From positions 1 through 64,000 of the forward strand of contig JAYTOU010000031.1 in the NCBI GenBank assembly GCA_043747615.1: a stretch of 64,000 nt of DNA, written 5' to 3'. The translations under genes and the position numbers were made by a program. The notes beneath the pieces are model-generated. The model saw only the letters and a list, made by a program, of their open reading frames with translations. It was not told the DNA's origin and ran no database searches. The DNA is from Myxococcales bacterium (GTDB taxonomy: Bacteria > Myxococcota_A > Polyangia > Polyangiales > Polyangiaceae). Below, piece after piece: positions 27,079 to 36,643 of this stretch (positions within the stretch are counted from its first letter, which is position 1; every line of letters begins with the position of its first letter).

Positions 27079-28014
27079 CTACTTGCGCTCGGGGGGAGAG
27101 ACGATGATTTCGACGCGGCGGTTGTTGGCGCGACCCTCGGCCGTGCCGTTCTCCGCGACGGGGCGATCGGGTCCGATGCCTGAGGCCTTCACCGTTTCGG
27201 CGGGGAGGCCCTTGCTGATGAGGTAGCCGCGAACGGTCTCTGCGCGGCGCTGCGCGAGGTCCATGTTGTAGGCGCGGGCGCCTTGCGAGTCGGTGTGCCC
27301 TTCGATCATCACGCTGCGATCGGGGGCGGCCTTGAGGGCCGTCACGACGTTGTCGAGCTGCGAGTATGCGCCGGGCATCAGCTCGGATTTTCCGGACGGA
27401 AAGAGCACTTGCCCGGACAGCGTGATGACCATTCCGCGCGGCTCTTCTTTGACGGGGATGGACGCCTTCGCGAGCGCATCGAGCGCATCTTTTGCCCGCT
27501 TTTCTGCTTCGAGGCGGCGATCACGCTCTTGCTGAAGCTGCTGCGCCGTCATTGCGCCGCGCTGTTGCTCCGCGGACAGTTTCTCCTTCATCGCAGTGAG
27601 CTCGGCGGCGGTCTTCTGGCCGAGATCTTTCTGCGCCTTGAGCTTGTCGGCCTCGGCGGTCATCAGACCGGCCTGGGCTTCGGCGAGCTGCGCCTTTCGT
27701 AGTGCGAGGTAAGCGCGGTCGCGCGTCTCGGGGGCGCCAGGGTCGTCGTTGAAGGCCTTCTCGGCGATGTCGAGGGTCTCTTTTGCAACGTGGACCTGCG
27801 CGGGATTCACCTGACCTGCCTGGCCACTCTGGGCCTTTTGGTACTCGGCGCGCGCCTCGAGGAGCTCCTTGGACGGGAGCGTCTCGCCGCATGCAACGAG
27901 GGGCGCCAGGAAGGCGAGGGAAAGAGCGAGAGTCACGGGCTTCAACGTGCTCAGTTGCCGCACGGGCTTCAACGTGCTCAGTTGCCGCACGGGCTTTAAC
28001 GTCATCGGATTCAT
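27079..28014 (-). CDS. DUF4398-like + OmpA_C domain lipoprotein
   Basis: Lipobox LVAC, coiled coil, IEGHTDSQG, NMDLAQRRAETV, GRANNRRVEI. Confidence 0.92.
   Translation of the reverse strand: MNPMTLKPVRQLSTLKPVRQLSTLKPVTLALSLAFLAPLVACGETLPSKELLEARAEYQKAQSGQAGQVNPAQVHVAKETLDIAEKAFNDDPGAPETRDRAYLALRKAQLAEAQAGLMTAEADKLKAQKDLGQKTAAELTAMKEKLSAEQQRGAMTAQQLQQERDRRLEAEKRAKDALDALAKASIPVKEEPRGMVITLSGQVLFPSGKSELMPGAYSQLDNVVTALKAAPDRSVMIEGHTDSQGARAYNMDLAQRRAETVRGYLISKGLPAETVKASGIGPDRPVAENGTAEGRANNRRVEIIVSPPERK
27934..28002. repeat. 27-bp tandem repeat (about 2.5 copies) in the OmpA signal peptide
   Basis: CACGGGCTTCAACGTGCTCAGTTGCCG twice, then CACGGGCTTTAACGT; encodes TLKPVRQLS-TLKPVRQLS-TLKPV. Confidence 0.95.
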
Positions 28015-28023
28015 GTCAGTCTC

Positions 28024-28362
28024 CTACTTCCCTTGTTTTCGAGCTTCGTCTTGGGCCTTCTGGGCTTCGCCGCGCATCGAGGCTTCGCGGGCGAGCGCAA
28101 CGGCGAGCTCCGCATCTGCTTCTGCACGCAAAAGCACGTACTCGGCGCGCTTGTTCTCGCCGTCTGCCATGAGCTGCTTGGCCTGATCGACCTGCTCGGT
28201 CGCGAGCTTCAGGTGAAGCGCGGCTTGGGGGTTGCTGGCCGCGTTCACTTCTTGCGCAGCGCGGACCGACGACTGCGACGTCACCATTTTTTCAGTGGGC
28301 GCCGGGTACGATCCGCAAGCGGTGAGCGCGCCGAGCGAAGCTGCAAGTAGCACGTATTTCAT
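28024..28362 (-). CDS. DUF4398 family lipoprotein
   Basis: Lipobox LTAC, helical RAEADAELAVALA; directly upstream of the OmpA gene. Confidence 0.85.
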   Translation of the reverse strand: MKYVLLAASLGALTACGSYPAPTEKMVTSQSSVRAAQEVNAASNPQAALHLKLATEQVDQAKQLMADGENKRAEYVLLRAEADAELAVALAREASMRGEAQKAQDEARKQGK

Positions 28363-28494
28363 TGGATCCTCTGACCTCCAAAAAAGTTAACTGCGGCCCA
28401 GTCTACATTGTTTGAAAGCCGCGTAATCCTGTCTTTTACCGCCGGCGTGGCGGAATCGGTGAGCTAGCTTAGTGCGCGTGATGGACTCATCCCT

Positions 28495-29601
28495 ATGAAC
28501 GCGCTCGACGAGCTTGCCCATTTGCTCCGCCCGGCCGGGGGTGGCCTCTACCTGGTGTCTACCGGACGCGCCGAACAGCTCGCGCTCCAGCGCCGGATCT
28601 ACGGAGCGGCGACGGACGAGGAGGTGGACACGAAATTCCGGGCGTCGCTCGAACGCGTGCAGAATGCACGGATTGCCATTCTGGGAATTCCTTCTGACGT
28701 AGGGGCGGGATTCCTGCGAGGAGCGAATCTCGGTCCGCAGATGATCCGCACCACGATGCTCGCGGAGGACGACACGTTCGCTGCGCGCATGGAGTCGGAG
28801 GGCATCGTCGACATCGGGGACGTGTTCGTCGTCCCCCAGCTTCTTCACGACGAAATGCTCTCCGATGCGCAGAAAGAGTCTTCGCGGCGAGCGCTCTACC
28901 CGACGGTGCCCGAACCCGAGCGGCGGATGCTTCCGGTGTCGCCGCTCTCCATCGCCGAGCGCGCGATGGACCTTCTTTTCGCAATCAACCCGGCGATTCG
29001 CCCCGTCGTCTTCGGAGGAGACCATTCGACGGCGTGGCCCGTCGTCTCGGCCATCGCTCGCGCAGCCCGGGAACCATGGGCCATCGTCCAGGTCGACGCG
29101 CACACCGACATGCTCGAGGAACGGCTCGGCGTGAAATACTGCTTCGCGACCTGGTCCTGGCACGCGGCCCGTCTCTTCGATCGGCCCGACAAGATGGTTC
29201 AACTTGGCATTCGCGCATCACGCCACGATCGCGCGCACTGGGAGACCACCACCGGCATCCGGCAATTTTGGGCGACCGACTGCAACGCTCGCCCCGAGGC
29301 GGTGATCGCTGAAACCGTCGCCCACCTCCGCTCGATGGGCGTGGAGAAGATCTACTTTTCCAATGACATAGACGGGACGGACGAAGCGTACGCGAACGCC
29401 ACCGGGACGCCCGAGCCGGGGGGGCTACATCCGGACTTCGTCGTCGCGCTCATTCGCGCTCTAGGAGCCAACTTTGGGCTTCTCGGCGGCGACCTGATGG
29501 AAGTCGCGCCGCCGATCCAGCGGACCCCGGACGGCGCCAAGCGAACCCTGTCGCTCGCCGTGCGCTATCTCCGCGAGACGCTCTCGGCGATTCGCGATTG
29601 A
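28495..29601 (+). CDS. Ureohydrolase (arginase/agmatinase family)
   Basis: GANLGP, GGDHS, DAHTD, SNDIDG, TGTPEPGG, EVAP. Confidence 0.9.
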   Translation: MNALDELAHLLRPAGGGLYLVSTGRAEQLALQRRIYGAATDEEVDTKFRASLERVQNARIAILGIPSDVGAGFLRGANLGPQMIRTTMLAEDDTFAARMESEGIVDIGDVFVVPQLLHDEMLSDAQKESSRRALYPTVPEPERRMLPVSPLSIAERAMDLLFAINPAIRPVVFGGDHSTAWPVVSAIARAAREPWAIVQVDAHTDMLEERLGVKYCFATWSWHAARLFDRPDKMVQLGIRASRHDRAHWETTTGIRQFWATDCNARPEAVIAETVAHLRSMGVEKIYFSNDIDGTDEAYANATGTPEPGGLHPDFVVALIRALGANFGLLGGDLMEVAPPIQRTPDGAKRTLSLAVRYLRETLSAIRD

Positions 29602-29607
29602 GGATCT

Positions 29608-29629
29608 CGTCCACGGACAGGCGTGGACG
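29608..29629 (+). terminator. Perfect 8-bp hairpin after the ureohydrolase stop
   Basis: CGTCCACG-GACAGG-CGTGGACG; no U-tract. Confidence 0.45.
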
Positions 29630-29718
29630 GAGTGAGGTGTTCGCAGAGGGTGCGGGTTTTCGGGGTTGCGTTGCCGCCGACTTGCGCGAAAACGTGCTCT
29701 CGGTCGCCCGGAGCGCGG

Positions 29719-31017
29719 TTATTCAGAAGGCCCGCGGCCAGGCGAGCCGCCGAGCGAGCCGACGAACGCGCCCGTCTTTGCGTCGATCACGTCGACGGCG
29801 AATTTATCTTCTTCTTGCCGCACCAGGTAGACGCGCCCCGGGCCGATCGTGTAGCTCGTTGCCGCCGTCCCCGGAGGCAGCGCGGCGTCCCACAGCTTTA
29901 GGCCGGTCACGGCATCGAGCGCGGCGAGCCGGGTCAACTGCCCATCCCGGTACTGCCAGAAAAAACGGCGACCAACGAGATCCGTGAGACCAGGAATTTC
30001 GGCTTGCTTCGACATCGTGTTATCCGCGCCCGCCATCATCGCCTTGAGGGCCTTCTGCCAGCGAAATACCTTTGTCGTCGCGTCGAACCCCACGAAGTAC
30101 GGTTCGTCACTCCCGGTCAACGTGCCGATCGCCACGCCGTCGACTCCGTCCGCCATGCCGCGCGACCACCGCATACCCGGCACCTTCGTGATCGCCTTCA
30201 CATCCAGCAGCGACGCGTAGATCGACGACGCATCCCCCGAGTCGAATGGCCTCCGCCGGCCATCGCGGCACCACGCGGGCGGATCCCCAGGGCTTCCATT
30301 TCCGCTGATTCCGTCGATGAAATAGCCGTTTTTCGGCGGCGTGATCGCGCGCACCCAAATGGACTGTGCGCCGGTCGCGCTCTCGGGACTGCACAGCCCG
30401 TCGGCCGCGGGGAACGAGAAGTTTTTCACGGCCTTCCCGTCCTTCATCTCGTAGAGATGCGCTTGCGAGCGTCCGTCGAGCACGAGGACCCGCGCGCCGG
30501 CGACCGCGACCTTCGTCTTTCGCGCCGCGATGTCACGCGCGCCGAACGGACCGACGCTCCAGATGCGTTCGAACGTCTTGCCGTCGAACGCCCCGACGTA
30601 CGTCGTGAGGCTTGCCCCCTCGTGGACCGCGTAGGGTCCGATGAAATCTTCGATTCCGTCTGCGTTCACGTTGGCCGCGATGGGCGCCGAGATCCCGTCG
30701 AGCCATGTGGCGCCGAGCGTGCCGGTCGGGAAGACGCCAGCATGCTTCGCGTGCAGGGCGATCTTGTCGGGGATGAGCCCTTCCTTTCGGGAGCGCTCCG
30801 AGAGGAACTCGTAGAGAAGCCAGCCGCCGACCATCAGAGTGAGCCCGACGACCGCGATCTGGGTCTGGGCCACGTTGAGGCCGGTCTTCAGCCCGCTCTT
30901 CGCCTTGGTGTTCAGGCGGGTGATGATGCCGCAGCGCGGGCAATCGATCTTGTGGAACTCGCTGTCGGGAAGCTGCACTGACGCTTGGCAATTCGGGCAG
31001 GTCGCGAGCCAGGTCAT
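29719..31017 (-). CDS. Zn-ribbon + TM + PQQ-like beta-propeller hypothetical protein
   Basis: CPNC..CPRC at the N-terminus, one TM helix, repeated AFDGKT..W / ALDAVTG..W blades. Confidence 0.7.
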   Translation of the reverse strand: MTWLATCPNCQASVQLPDSEFHKIDCPRCGIITRLNTKAKSGLKTGLNVAQTQIAVVGLTLMVGGWLLYEFLSERSRKEGLIPDKIALHAKHAGVFPTGTLGATWLDGISAPIAANVNADGIEDFIGPYAVHEGASLTTYVGAFDGKTFERIWSVGPFGARDIAARKTKVAVAGARVLVLDGRSQAHLYEMKDGKAVKNFSFPAADGLCSPESATGAQSIWVRAITPPKNGYFIDGISGNGSPGDPPAWCRDGRRRPFDSGDASSIYASLLDVKAITKVPGMRWSRGMADGVDGVAIGTLTGSDEPYFVGFDATTKVFRWQKALKAMMAGADNTMSKQAEIPGLTDLVGRRFFWQYRDGQLTRLAALDAVTGLKLWDAALPPGTAATSYTIGPGRVYLVRQEEDKFAVDVIDAKTGAFVGSLGGSPGRGPSE

Positions 31018-32261
31018 TCTTGCGATGGTATCTCATCGAGACGGTCGATGCGTCGCAGCGCGGGGAATGCCTGCGCCCAGATCGCCACCACCCCGCACGT
31101 GGCGATTCCACCCAAGATCACGGCCCGCGCCGCACCAAGCCACGCCGCGGTAACTCCGGACTCGAATTCGCCGAGCTCGTTGGAGGCGCCGACGAAGACG
31201 AGATTCACGGCGCTCACCCGCCCGCGCATGGCTGGCGGCGTAGAAATTTGTACGAGCGTCGACCGGATGACGACGCTCACCATGTCCGAGCCACCGACGA
31301 TCACGAGAGCCACCAACGACAGCCAGAAGTTCCTCGACGCTCCGAACACTATCGTGGCCACCCCGAAGACGCCGACGGCAAGAAGCATGACGGGGCCGGC
31401 TTTGTTTTTCAGCGGATGAAACGCGATCACGAGGGCCATCAGGGCCGCTCCAAACGCTGGTGCGCTCCGAAGGATCCCGAGGCCCCAGGGGCCGACGTCC
31501 AGAATGTCGCGCGCGAAGATCGGCAGGAGGGCGACGGCGCCTCCGAGGAGCACGGCGAAGAGATCGAGTGAGATCGTCCCGAGGACGACCTTGTGACGAA
31601 AGACGTACTTCACGCCCGCGAAAAGAGTGGAGAGCGAGGCGGCACCAAGCTCCATTCGCCCCGTCCGCACGTGCATCGCGGTGACCAGCGCGAAGGCGGT
31701 GAGAGACAGGACTGAGCTGCAGGCATAGACCGCCGCCGGCCCGTGTGATGCGCCGTAGATGATCCCTCCGAGCGCGGGGCCGACCACCGCGGCTACCTGC
31801 CACACCGTCGAGCTCCACGCGACGGCGTTCGGGAAGGAGGCTACGGGCACGAGGTGAGTCAAGAGCGCCGAGCCCGCAGGTCCGCTGAAGGCGCGGGTCG
31901 TTCCGAAGAGAACGAGGATCGCGTAGATCGCCGCAGGCCGATGCACGTGAAAAACGGCGCAGCCGAAGAGGAGGAGCGCGGTGAGCGCCACCCCGAGCTG
32001 GCACACGAGCAGCACCCTTCGTCGATCGAAACGATCGGCTACGTGTCCGGTGACGAGCGAGAGCCCAATGGCCGGGAGAAACTGCGCAAGCCCTACGTAC
32101 CCGAGGTCGAGCGCGCGGTGGGTCAGCTCGTAGACCTGCCAGCCCACCGCCACCGATTGCATCTGAATCCCGATCGTGAGGAAGAAGCGCGCCCCTTGAA
32201 AGAGCCTGAAATCTCGATATCCGAGCGCGGCGTAGCTCAATGCGAGTTCACGACAGGTCAA
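31014..32261 (-). CDS. MFS transporter
   Basis: GHVADRFDRRRV motif A, about 12 hydrophobic segments, TPPAMRGRV. Confidence 0.92.
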   Translation of the reverse strand: MTCRELALSYAALGYRDFRLFQGARFFLTIGIQMQSVAVGWQVYELTHRALDLGYVGLAQFLPAIGLSLVTGHVADRFDRRRVLLVCQLGVALTALLLFGCAVFHVHRPAAIYAILVLFGTTRAFSGPAGSALLTHLVPVASFPNAVAWSSTVWQVAAVVGPALGGIIYGASHGPAAVYACSSVLSLTAFALVTAMHVRTGRMELGAASLSTLFAGVKYVFRHKVVLGTISLDLFAVLLGGAVALLPIFARDILDVGPWGLGILRSAPAFGAALMALVIAFHPLKNKAGPVMLLAVGVFGVATIVFGASRNFWLSLVALVIVGGSDMVSVVIRSTLVQISTPPAMRGRVSAVNLVFVGASNELGEFESGVTAAWLGAARAVILGGIATCGVVAIWAQAFPALRRIDRLDEIPSQE

Positions 32262-32946
32262 ACAACAAGACTTCGGACGCGTCCTGCGCTTCGACGGAGA
32301 TCGCCTCCTCGTCGGTGATCGCCGCGCCGTCCCCCTGCACGAGGACCTCTGCGCCGACGGCGACCGTACCCCGCGCGATCTGGAGCCACAGGCGGCGCCC
32401 CCTTTTCACGGCGTAGACGGCCTTCTCTCTCTTTTCGAGGAGGGTCACGTGGAGCGACACGTCTTGATGCACCACGACAGATCCTTCGCGCCCGTCCTCC
32501 GAAGCCACGAGCCGCCATTTTCCGCGCTTCTCGGCGTCGGCGAATGCCTTCTGCTCGTAGCCCGGCGTGAGGCCCGGCTTGTTTGGCAGGATCCAAATCT
32601 GGAAGAAGTGCGCGCCTTCGGATTTGGAGTGGTTGTACTCGCTATGGGTCACGCCGCTTCCCGCCGTCATGCGCTGCACGTCTCCCGGACGAATGACCGA
32701 GCCGGTGCCCATGCTGTCTTTGTGCTCGATCGCCCCCTCGAGCGGGTAGCTGATGATCTCCATGTCCCGGTGAGGATGAGTCGGAAACCCAGCGCCAGGC
32801 GTGATGCGATCTTCGTTGATGACACGCAGCGCACCAAAGCTCATGTGCTTCGGATCGTGGTAGTCGGCGAACGAGAAGGTGTGGAACGAGTTGAGCCAGC
32901 CGTGATCGGCGTGGCCCCGATCTCTGGAACGACGAATGCGAATCAT
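32248..32946 (-). CDS. Pirin family protein (YhhW-like)
   Basis: HGWLNSFHTFSFADY, HPHRDMEI, GSGVTHSE, FQIWI. Confidence 0.95.
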   Translation of the reverse strand: MIRIRRSRDRGHADHGWLNSFHTFSFADYHDPKHMSFGALRVINEDRITPGAGFPTHPHRDMEIISYPLEGAIEHKDSMGTGSVIRPGDVQRMTAGSGVTHSEYNHSKSEGAHFFQIWILPNKPGLTPGYEQKAFADAEKRGKWRLVASEDGREGSVVVHQDVSLHVTLLEKREKAVYAVKRGRRLWLQIARGTVAVGAEVLVQGDGAAITDEEAISVEAQDASEVLLFDLS

Positions 32947-32966
32947 GGGTGCCTCGGCAGATACTA

Positions 32967-33494
32967 TTATTTTTCTTTGACGACTTGAGCCTCGATCTCG
33001 ATCTCGACCTTGTCTCCGACGGCGATGCCGCCCGCCTCGAGCGCCTGGTTCCAAACCATGCCGAAGTCCTTACGCGAGATGCTGCCGCGCGCACTGAACG
33101 CGGTGCGGTCACCGCCCCAGGGATCTTTGCCGGTGCCGGTGATCTCCGTGTCGAGGGCGATCTCTTTGGTGACGCCGTGAATGGTGAGGAGGCCGCGGAC
33201 GAGGAACTTGTCGTCGCCGCGCGCTTCTACGCCACTGGTTTTGAAGGTAATGCTCGGGAACTTCTGGACATCGAAAAAGTCGGCCGACCTCAGGTGCGCG
33301 TCGCGTTTCTCTTCGCGGGTGTCGATGCTGGCCACTTCGACCGTAGCCTCGGCGCTCTTCCAAGCGTTGGTCGCGTCGTCGTAGACGGCGTGCCCCGTGA
33401 ACGCGCCAAAGCGTCCGCGCACTTTCGAGATCATGATGTGGCGAACGGCGAAGTTAACGGAGGTGTGGGACGCGTCTACTTTCCAGGTTGTCAT
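32967..33494 (-). CDS. YceI family lipid-binding protein
   Basis: WKVDASHT, FAVRH, RDAHLRSADFF, LTIHGVTK, DPWG; no signal peptide. Confidence 0.95.
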   Translation of the reverse strand: MTTWKVDASHTSVNFAVRHIMISKVRGRFGAFTGHAVYDDATNAWKSAEATVEVASIDTREEKRDAHLRSADFFDVQKFPSITFKTSGVEARGDDKFLVRGLLTIHGVTKEIALDTEITGTGKDPWGGDRTAFSARGSISRKDFGMVWNQALEAGGIAVGDKVEIEIEAQVVKEK

Positions 33495-33507
33495 GGCGTG
33501 ACCCTGA

Positions 33508-33523
33508 TGCAGTCGGTGTGCCA
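33508..33523 (-). promoter_or_regulatory. sigma54 (-24/-12) promoter of the yceI-pirin-MFS unit
   Basis: Minus strand reads TGGCACACCGACTGCA with exact GG-N10-GC spacing; divergent from an enhancer-binding protein gene. Confidence 0.85.
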
Positions 33524-33563
33524 GACGAAGCACGCACGATTTCGGCTAATTCATGCGCGCGCT

Positions 33564-33600
33564 CTATCGTAGTGAGGCAGTGGGGCTCTCATTATGATAG
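33564..33600. promoter_or_regulatory. Paired candidate upstream activator sequences
   Basis: CTATCGTAGTGAG (33564-33576) and CTCATTATGATAG (33588-33600) are inverted copies matching at 11 of 13 positions. Confidence 0.6.
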
Positions 33601-33610
33601 TCGTCTCGTC

Positions 33611-35242
33611 ATGCGTCTGGCTGACCTCGATCTCCGAGAATTGCTCTCCTTCGACCCCCGGGGTGGCGTCTTGCGGTTCGCCGGCCGGCGCGCGCTCATC
33701 CTGGACGCCGTCGCGCTCGGCATTCTGCGAAAGGAGCTGATTGAGACGGTCGGCCTCAGCGTCGCGCGAGGCGTGCTGACTCGCTTCGGTTACGTTCACG
33801 GGTGGCGGAGCGCGGAGGCTATGCGAAGCGCATTCCCGTGGGACGACGAGAACGAATGGCGGATTGCGGGCGGCCGCCTCCACATGTTGCAAGGCCTCGT
33901 GGTCTTCGACCCCGTCGTCAGCGTCGACGCAAAGGATGCTCCGCTCGCCGAAGCGATCTGGCGCGAGTCGTACGAGGCCGAGCAGCACAACGTTCACTTT
34001 GGTCGCTCCGAAGATCCCGTCTGCTGGTCGCTCTGCGGATTTGCAAGCGGGTGGCTGAGCCACGTGCACGGGCGCGAGATCCTGTGCTTCGAAGATCGAT
34101 GCGCCGGGTGCGGCGACGCCGAGTGTCACGTCGTCGGAAAGCCGCGCGAAGAGTGGGGCGAAGAGGTCACCGCATCGATCCCCTACTACGCCAGCGAGTG
34201 CCTGGAGTCTGCTGCCGGAAAGCTGATCGAGACCCTGCGCAGAACGGAGAAAGCTCTGAAGCGAGAGAGGCGAGAGCTCGCGCGTGCCGTCGGAGTGGCG
34301 GAAGATCCGTCGGGGATGATCGTGCGCAGTGAGGCCATGCGGAAGGTGCTCGAGCTGGCGAGGCGCGTTGCCAAGGTCGAGACGACCGTGCTGGTGACCG
34401 GCGAGAGCGGCGTCGGGAAAGAGCGCGTTGCTCGGCTCATTCACGACGAGTCACCACGCTCGGCCGGCCCGTTCATGGCCATCAACTGCGGTGCTGTCTC
34501 GGAAACGCTTCTCGAGAGCGAGCTCTTTGGTCACGCCAAAGGCTCCTTCACGGGTGCGATCCACGATCGCGTCGGACTCTTCGAGGGGGCAGGCGGAGGC
34601 ACGCTCTTTCTCGACGAAGTCGGGGAGCTCACGCCGACGATGCAAGTCAAAATCCTTCGCGCCCTCCAGGAGCGAGAGATTCGTCGCCTCGGAGAGAACA
34701 AGAGCCGGGCGATCGACGTACGGGTGCTCGCGGCGACGAACAAGAACCTCGGGGCAGAGGTAACCGGGGGGCGCTTTCGAGAGGACCTCTACTACCGCCT
34801 GCGGGTCATCGAGCTCGTCATCCCGCCGCTTCGCGAACGCAAAGAAGACATCCTTGCGCTCGCCCGCGCGAGCATCGTTCGTACGGCGAAAAGGCTCAAT
34901 CGCAAGGCGGTCGGCTTCACTCCCGCGGCTGCCGAGAGGCTCCTCGCGCACCCTTGGCCGGGCAACGTGCGGGAGCTCGAGAACGTCATCGAGCGCGCCG
35001 TCGTTCTCTGCGACGACACGTTGGTCGGCGTCGAACAGCTGCCGAGCGAAATTCTCGCGGCCGCCGTACCCAGCCTTGGCGCTGGCGTTGTCATGCCTCT
35101 CGAGCATGTAGAGCGGCGGTACATCCTCGCGGTGCTCGAGGCCAACGGAGGCAACCGGACGAAGACCGCCGTCGATCTCCGGATAGGAGCCGCCACGCTT
35201 TACCGCAAGTTGAAGGCGTACGGGGTCAGCGTTTCACAATAG
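33611..35242 (+). CDS. XylR/DmpR-type sigma54-dependent activator (XylR_N, V4R, AAA+, Fis HTH)
   Basis: GGRLHMLQG, PVCWSLCG and EDRCAGCGDAEC in the sensor; GESGVGKE, GSFTGA, FLDE, WPGNVRELEN, ATLYRKL. Confidence 0.95.
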   Translation: MRLADLDLRELLSFDPRGGVLRFAGRRALILDAVALGILRKELIETVGLSVARGVLTRFGYVHGWRSAEAMRSAFPWDDENEWRIAGGRLHMLQGLVVFDPVVSVDAKDAPLAEAIWRESYEAEQHNVHFGRSEDPVCWSLCGFASGWLSHVHGREILCFEDRCAGCGDAECHVVGKPREEWGEEVTASIPYYASECLESAAGKLIETLRRTEKALKRERRELARAVGVAEDPSGMIVRSEAMRKVLELARRVAKVETTVLVTGESGVGKERVARLIHDESPRSAGPFMAINCGAVSETLLESELFGHAKGSFTGAIHDRVGLFEGAGGGTLFLDEVGELTPTMQVKILRALQEREIRRLGENKSRAIDVRVLAATNKNLGAEVTGGRFREDLYYRLRVIELVIPPLRERKEDILALARASIVRTAKRLNRKAVGFTPAAAERLLAHPWPGNVRELENVIERAVVLCDDTLVGVEQLPSEILAAAVPSLGAGVVMPLEHVERRYILAVLEANGGNRTKTAVDLRIGAATLYRKLKAYGVSVSQ

Positions 35243-35915
35243 ATGCAAACTGCATGTAATCGGGCTCGTTGACCGCACCGGCCACGACGCACCTCACCTG
35301 GCCCGTCCCGTCGATCAGCGCATGGGCCGGCAAATCAGGGGGGTTCTTCATCTTCATTCCGGTGAGCCACGCTTCGCGCCCCGGTCCGCTCTTCAGCCAC
35401 AAGGAAGCCTTCACGCCGTCTGCAGGCTGAGCGTCCAGGAATTTTCCAAGTTGCCGTTCGTCATCGTCGAGAGATACGAAGACGAGCTGGATGGGGGTCC
35501 CGGCCTTTGCGAGCTGCTGCTCCCAAGCGCGCAGGCGAGGGATCTCTTCCTTGCACGGCCCACACCACGCCGCGAAAAAATTCACCCACGTCCAGCGCCC
35601 GCCGCCCGCTTTGATCCTTTCTCCCAGCGAGGCCGCTCCCGTCGCCTCGGCATGCGCGAGGGCGATCTTCGGCAAGGAATGCCCAGGTTGCGCGAGCTCC
35701 GTTTCGCACAGCCTTCGCGGCGTCACAGGCACGCTCGCCGCGGCATGCGCTCCAGTCGGCATGGCCGGCGGAGGGGCCGCGGTGGTGAGGACCGCTTCGC
35801 TCCGTGACGTAGGCGCGGCGGGAGCATCGCCTTTATCGCATCCCGCCGAAAAGACGAGCGCACACCCGACGGCGATCCCCAGCCCCAACGCGCTCAGCTG
35901 CAGCGCGGGCCTCAC
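35226..35915 (-). CDS. TlpA-like thioredoxin lipoprotein
   Basis: FSAGC lipobox, VNFFAAWCGPCKEE, VSLD; GTG start overlaps the upstream TGA. Confidence 0.85.
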   Translation of the reverse strand: MRPALQLSALGLGIAVGCALVFSAGCDKGDAPAAPTSRSEAVLTTAAPPPAMPTGAHAAASVPVTPRRLCETELAQPGHSLPKIALAHAEATGAASLGERIKAGGGRWTWVNFFAAWCGPCKEEIPRLRAWEQQLAKAGTPIQLVFVSLDDDERQLGKFLDAQPADGVKASLWLKSGPGREAWLTGMKMKNPPDLPAHALIDGTGQVRCVVAGAVNEPDYMQFASIVKR

Positions 35916-36643
35916 AGGCGACAGTCTACCCAGGAGACGAAGGCGCTCCGGTTGACGGCGGCCGGAGTGCATTTTCCAGCAGCACCGCTGCGGGAGTTCG
36001 GCCAATCGCAGTAGTCCTTCGACAGCTGCGCGAACTCGTTGCCGAGCCACAAAAGCCCGACTTGCTTGTCGAGGTCCGGATCGTGAAACTGCTCCGACAA
36101 GTGGAAGAGCACCGAGTTGGCCCGCTTGTGAGATAGCGCGCGGTTCAAGTCCGCCGGCCCCGTGTGTGAGGCGCGAGCCACGACGAAGAAGTAGCGCGCT
36201 CCCTTGCGATCAAGCCAGCGCTCTTCGAGCAGCGCCTTCGCTCCAGCGTCGAGCGTGTCGGAAGCGTCGTCGAACATCACGACCGCGCCGCGATTCTTCA
36301 GGGGCGTGAAGAGTGCGTTGAAATCGTCGTCGCTGATCGAGGCGAAGGTCTTCACGTCGGCGGGCTGACAGCCGCGGCGACTCTCTGCGCCGACGAGGCC
36401 GCAGGCGTTGAGCACGCGCTGGAGCACCTGCTTGAAGCCCGGCGTGCAATATTTCTCTTCCGTGTTGTCGGCGACCGCCACCTGCTGGGTCACGTCGGCG
36501 GAGATTGCTGGCTTGGTAGTCAGTCGCTCGGCCGCGGCGTGCACCGTCGAGCGCATGATGAGCGTCATTCCAAGGAGGAGGAGCACCCCCGCCGCAGCGC
36601 CCACCGCGGCCGGCCCGCGCGGATTACGCGTGACGTCGCTCAC
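35912..36643 (-). CDS. Membrane-anchored Cys-containing protein with degenerate OmpA_C-like domain
   Basis: N-terminal TM helix; ARASHTG..LNRALSHKRANSV resembles OmpA_C; five Cys. Confidence 0.6.
   Translation of the reverse strand: MSDVTRNPRGPAAVGAAAGVLLLLGMTLIMRSTVHAAAERLTTKPAISADVTQQVAVADNTEEKYCTPGFKQVLQRVLNACGLVGAESRRGCQPADVKTFASISDDDFNALFTPLKNRGAVVMFDDASDTLDAGAKALLEERWLDRKGARYFFVVARASHTGPADLNRALSHKRANSVLFHLSEQFHDPDLDKQVGLLWLGNEFAQLSKDYCDWPNSRSGAAGKCTPAAVNRSAFVSWVDCRL

Noticed and set aside
27934..28002. 27-bp repeat as a mini-CRISPR or attachment site
   Set aside because: The copies are head to tail without spacers and lie in frame within a gene
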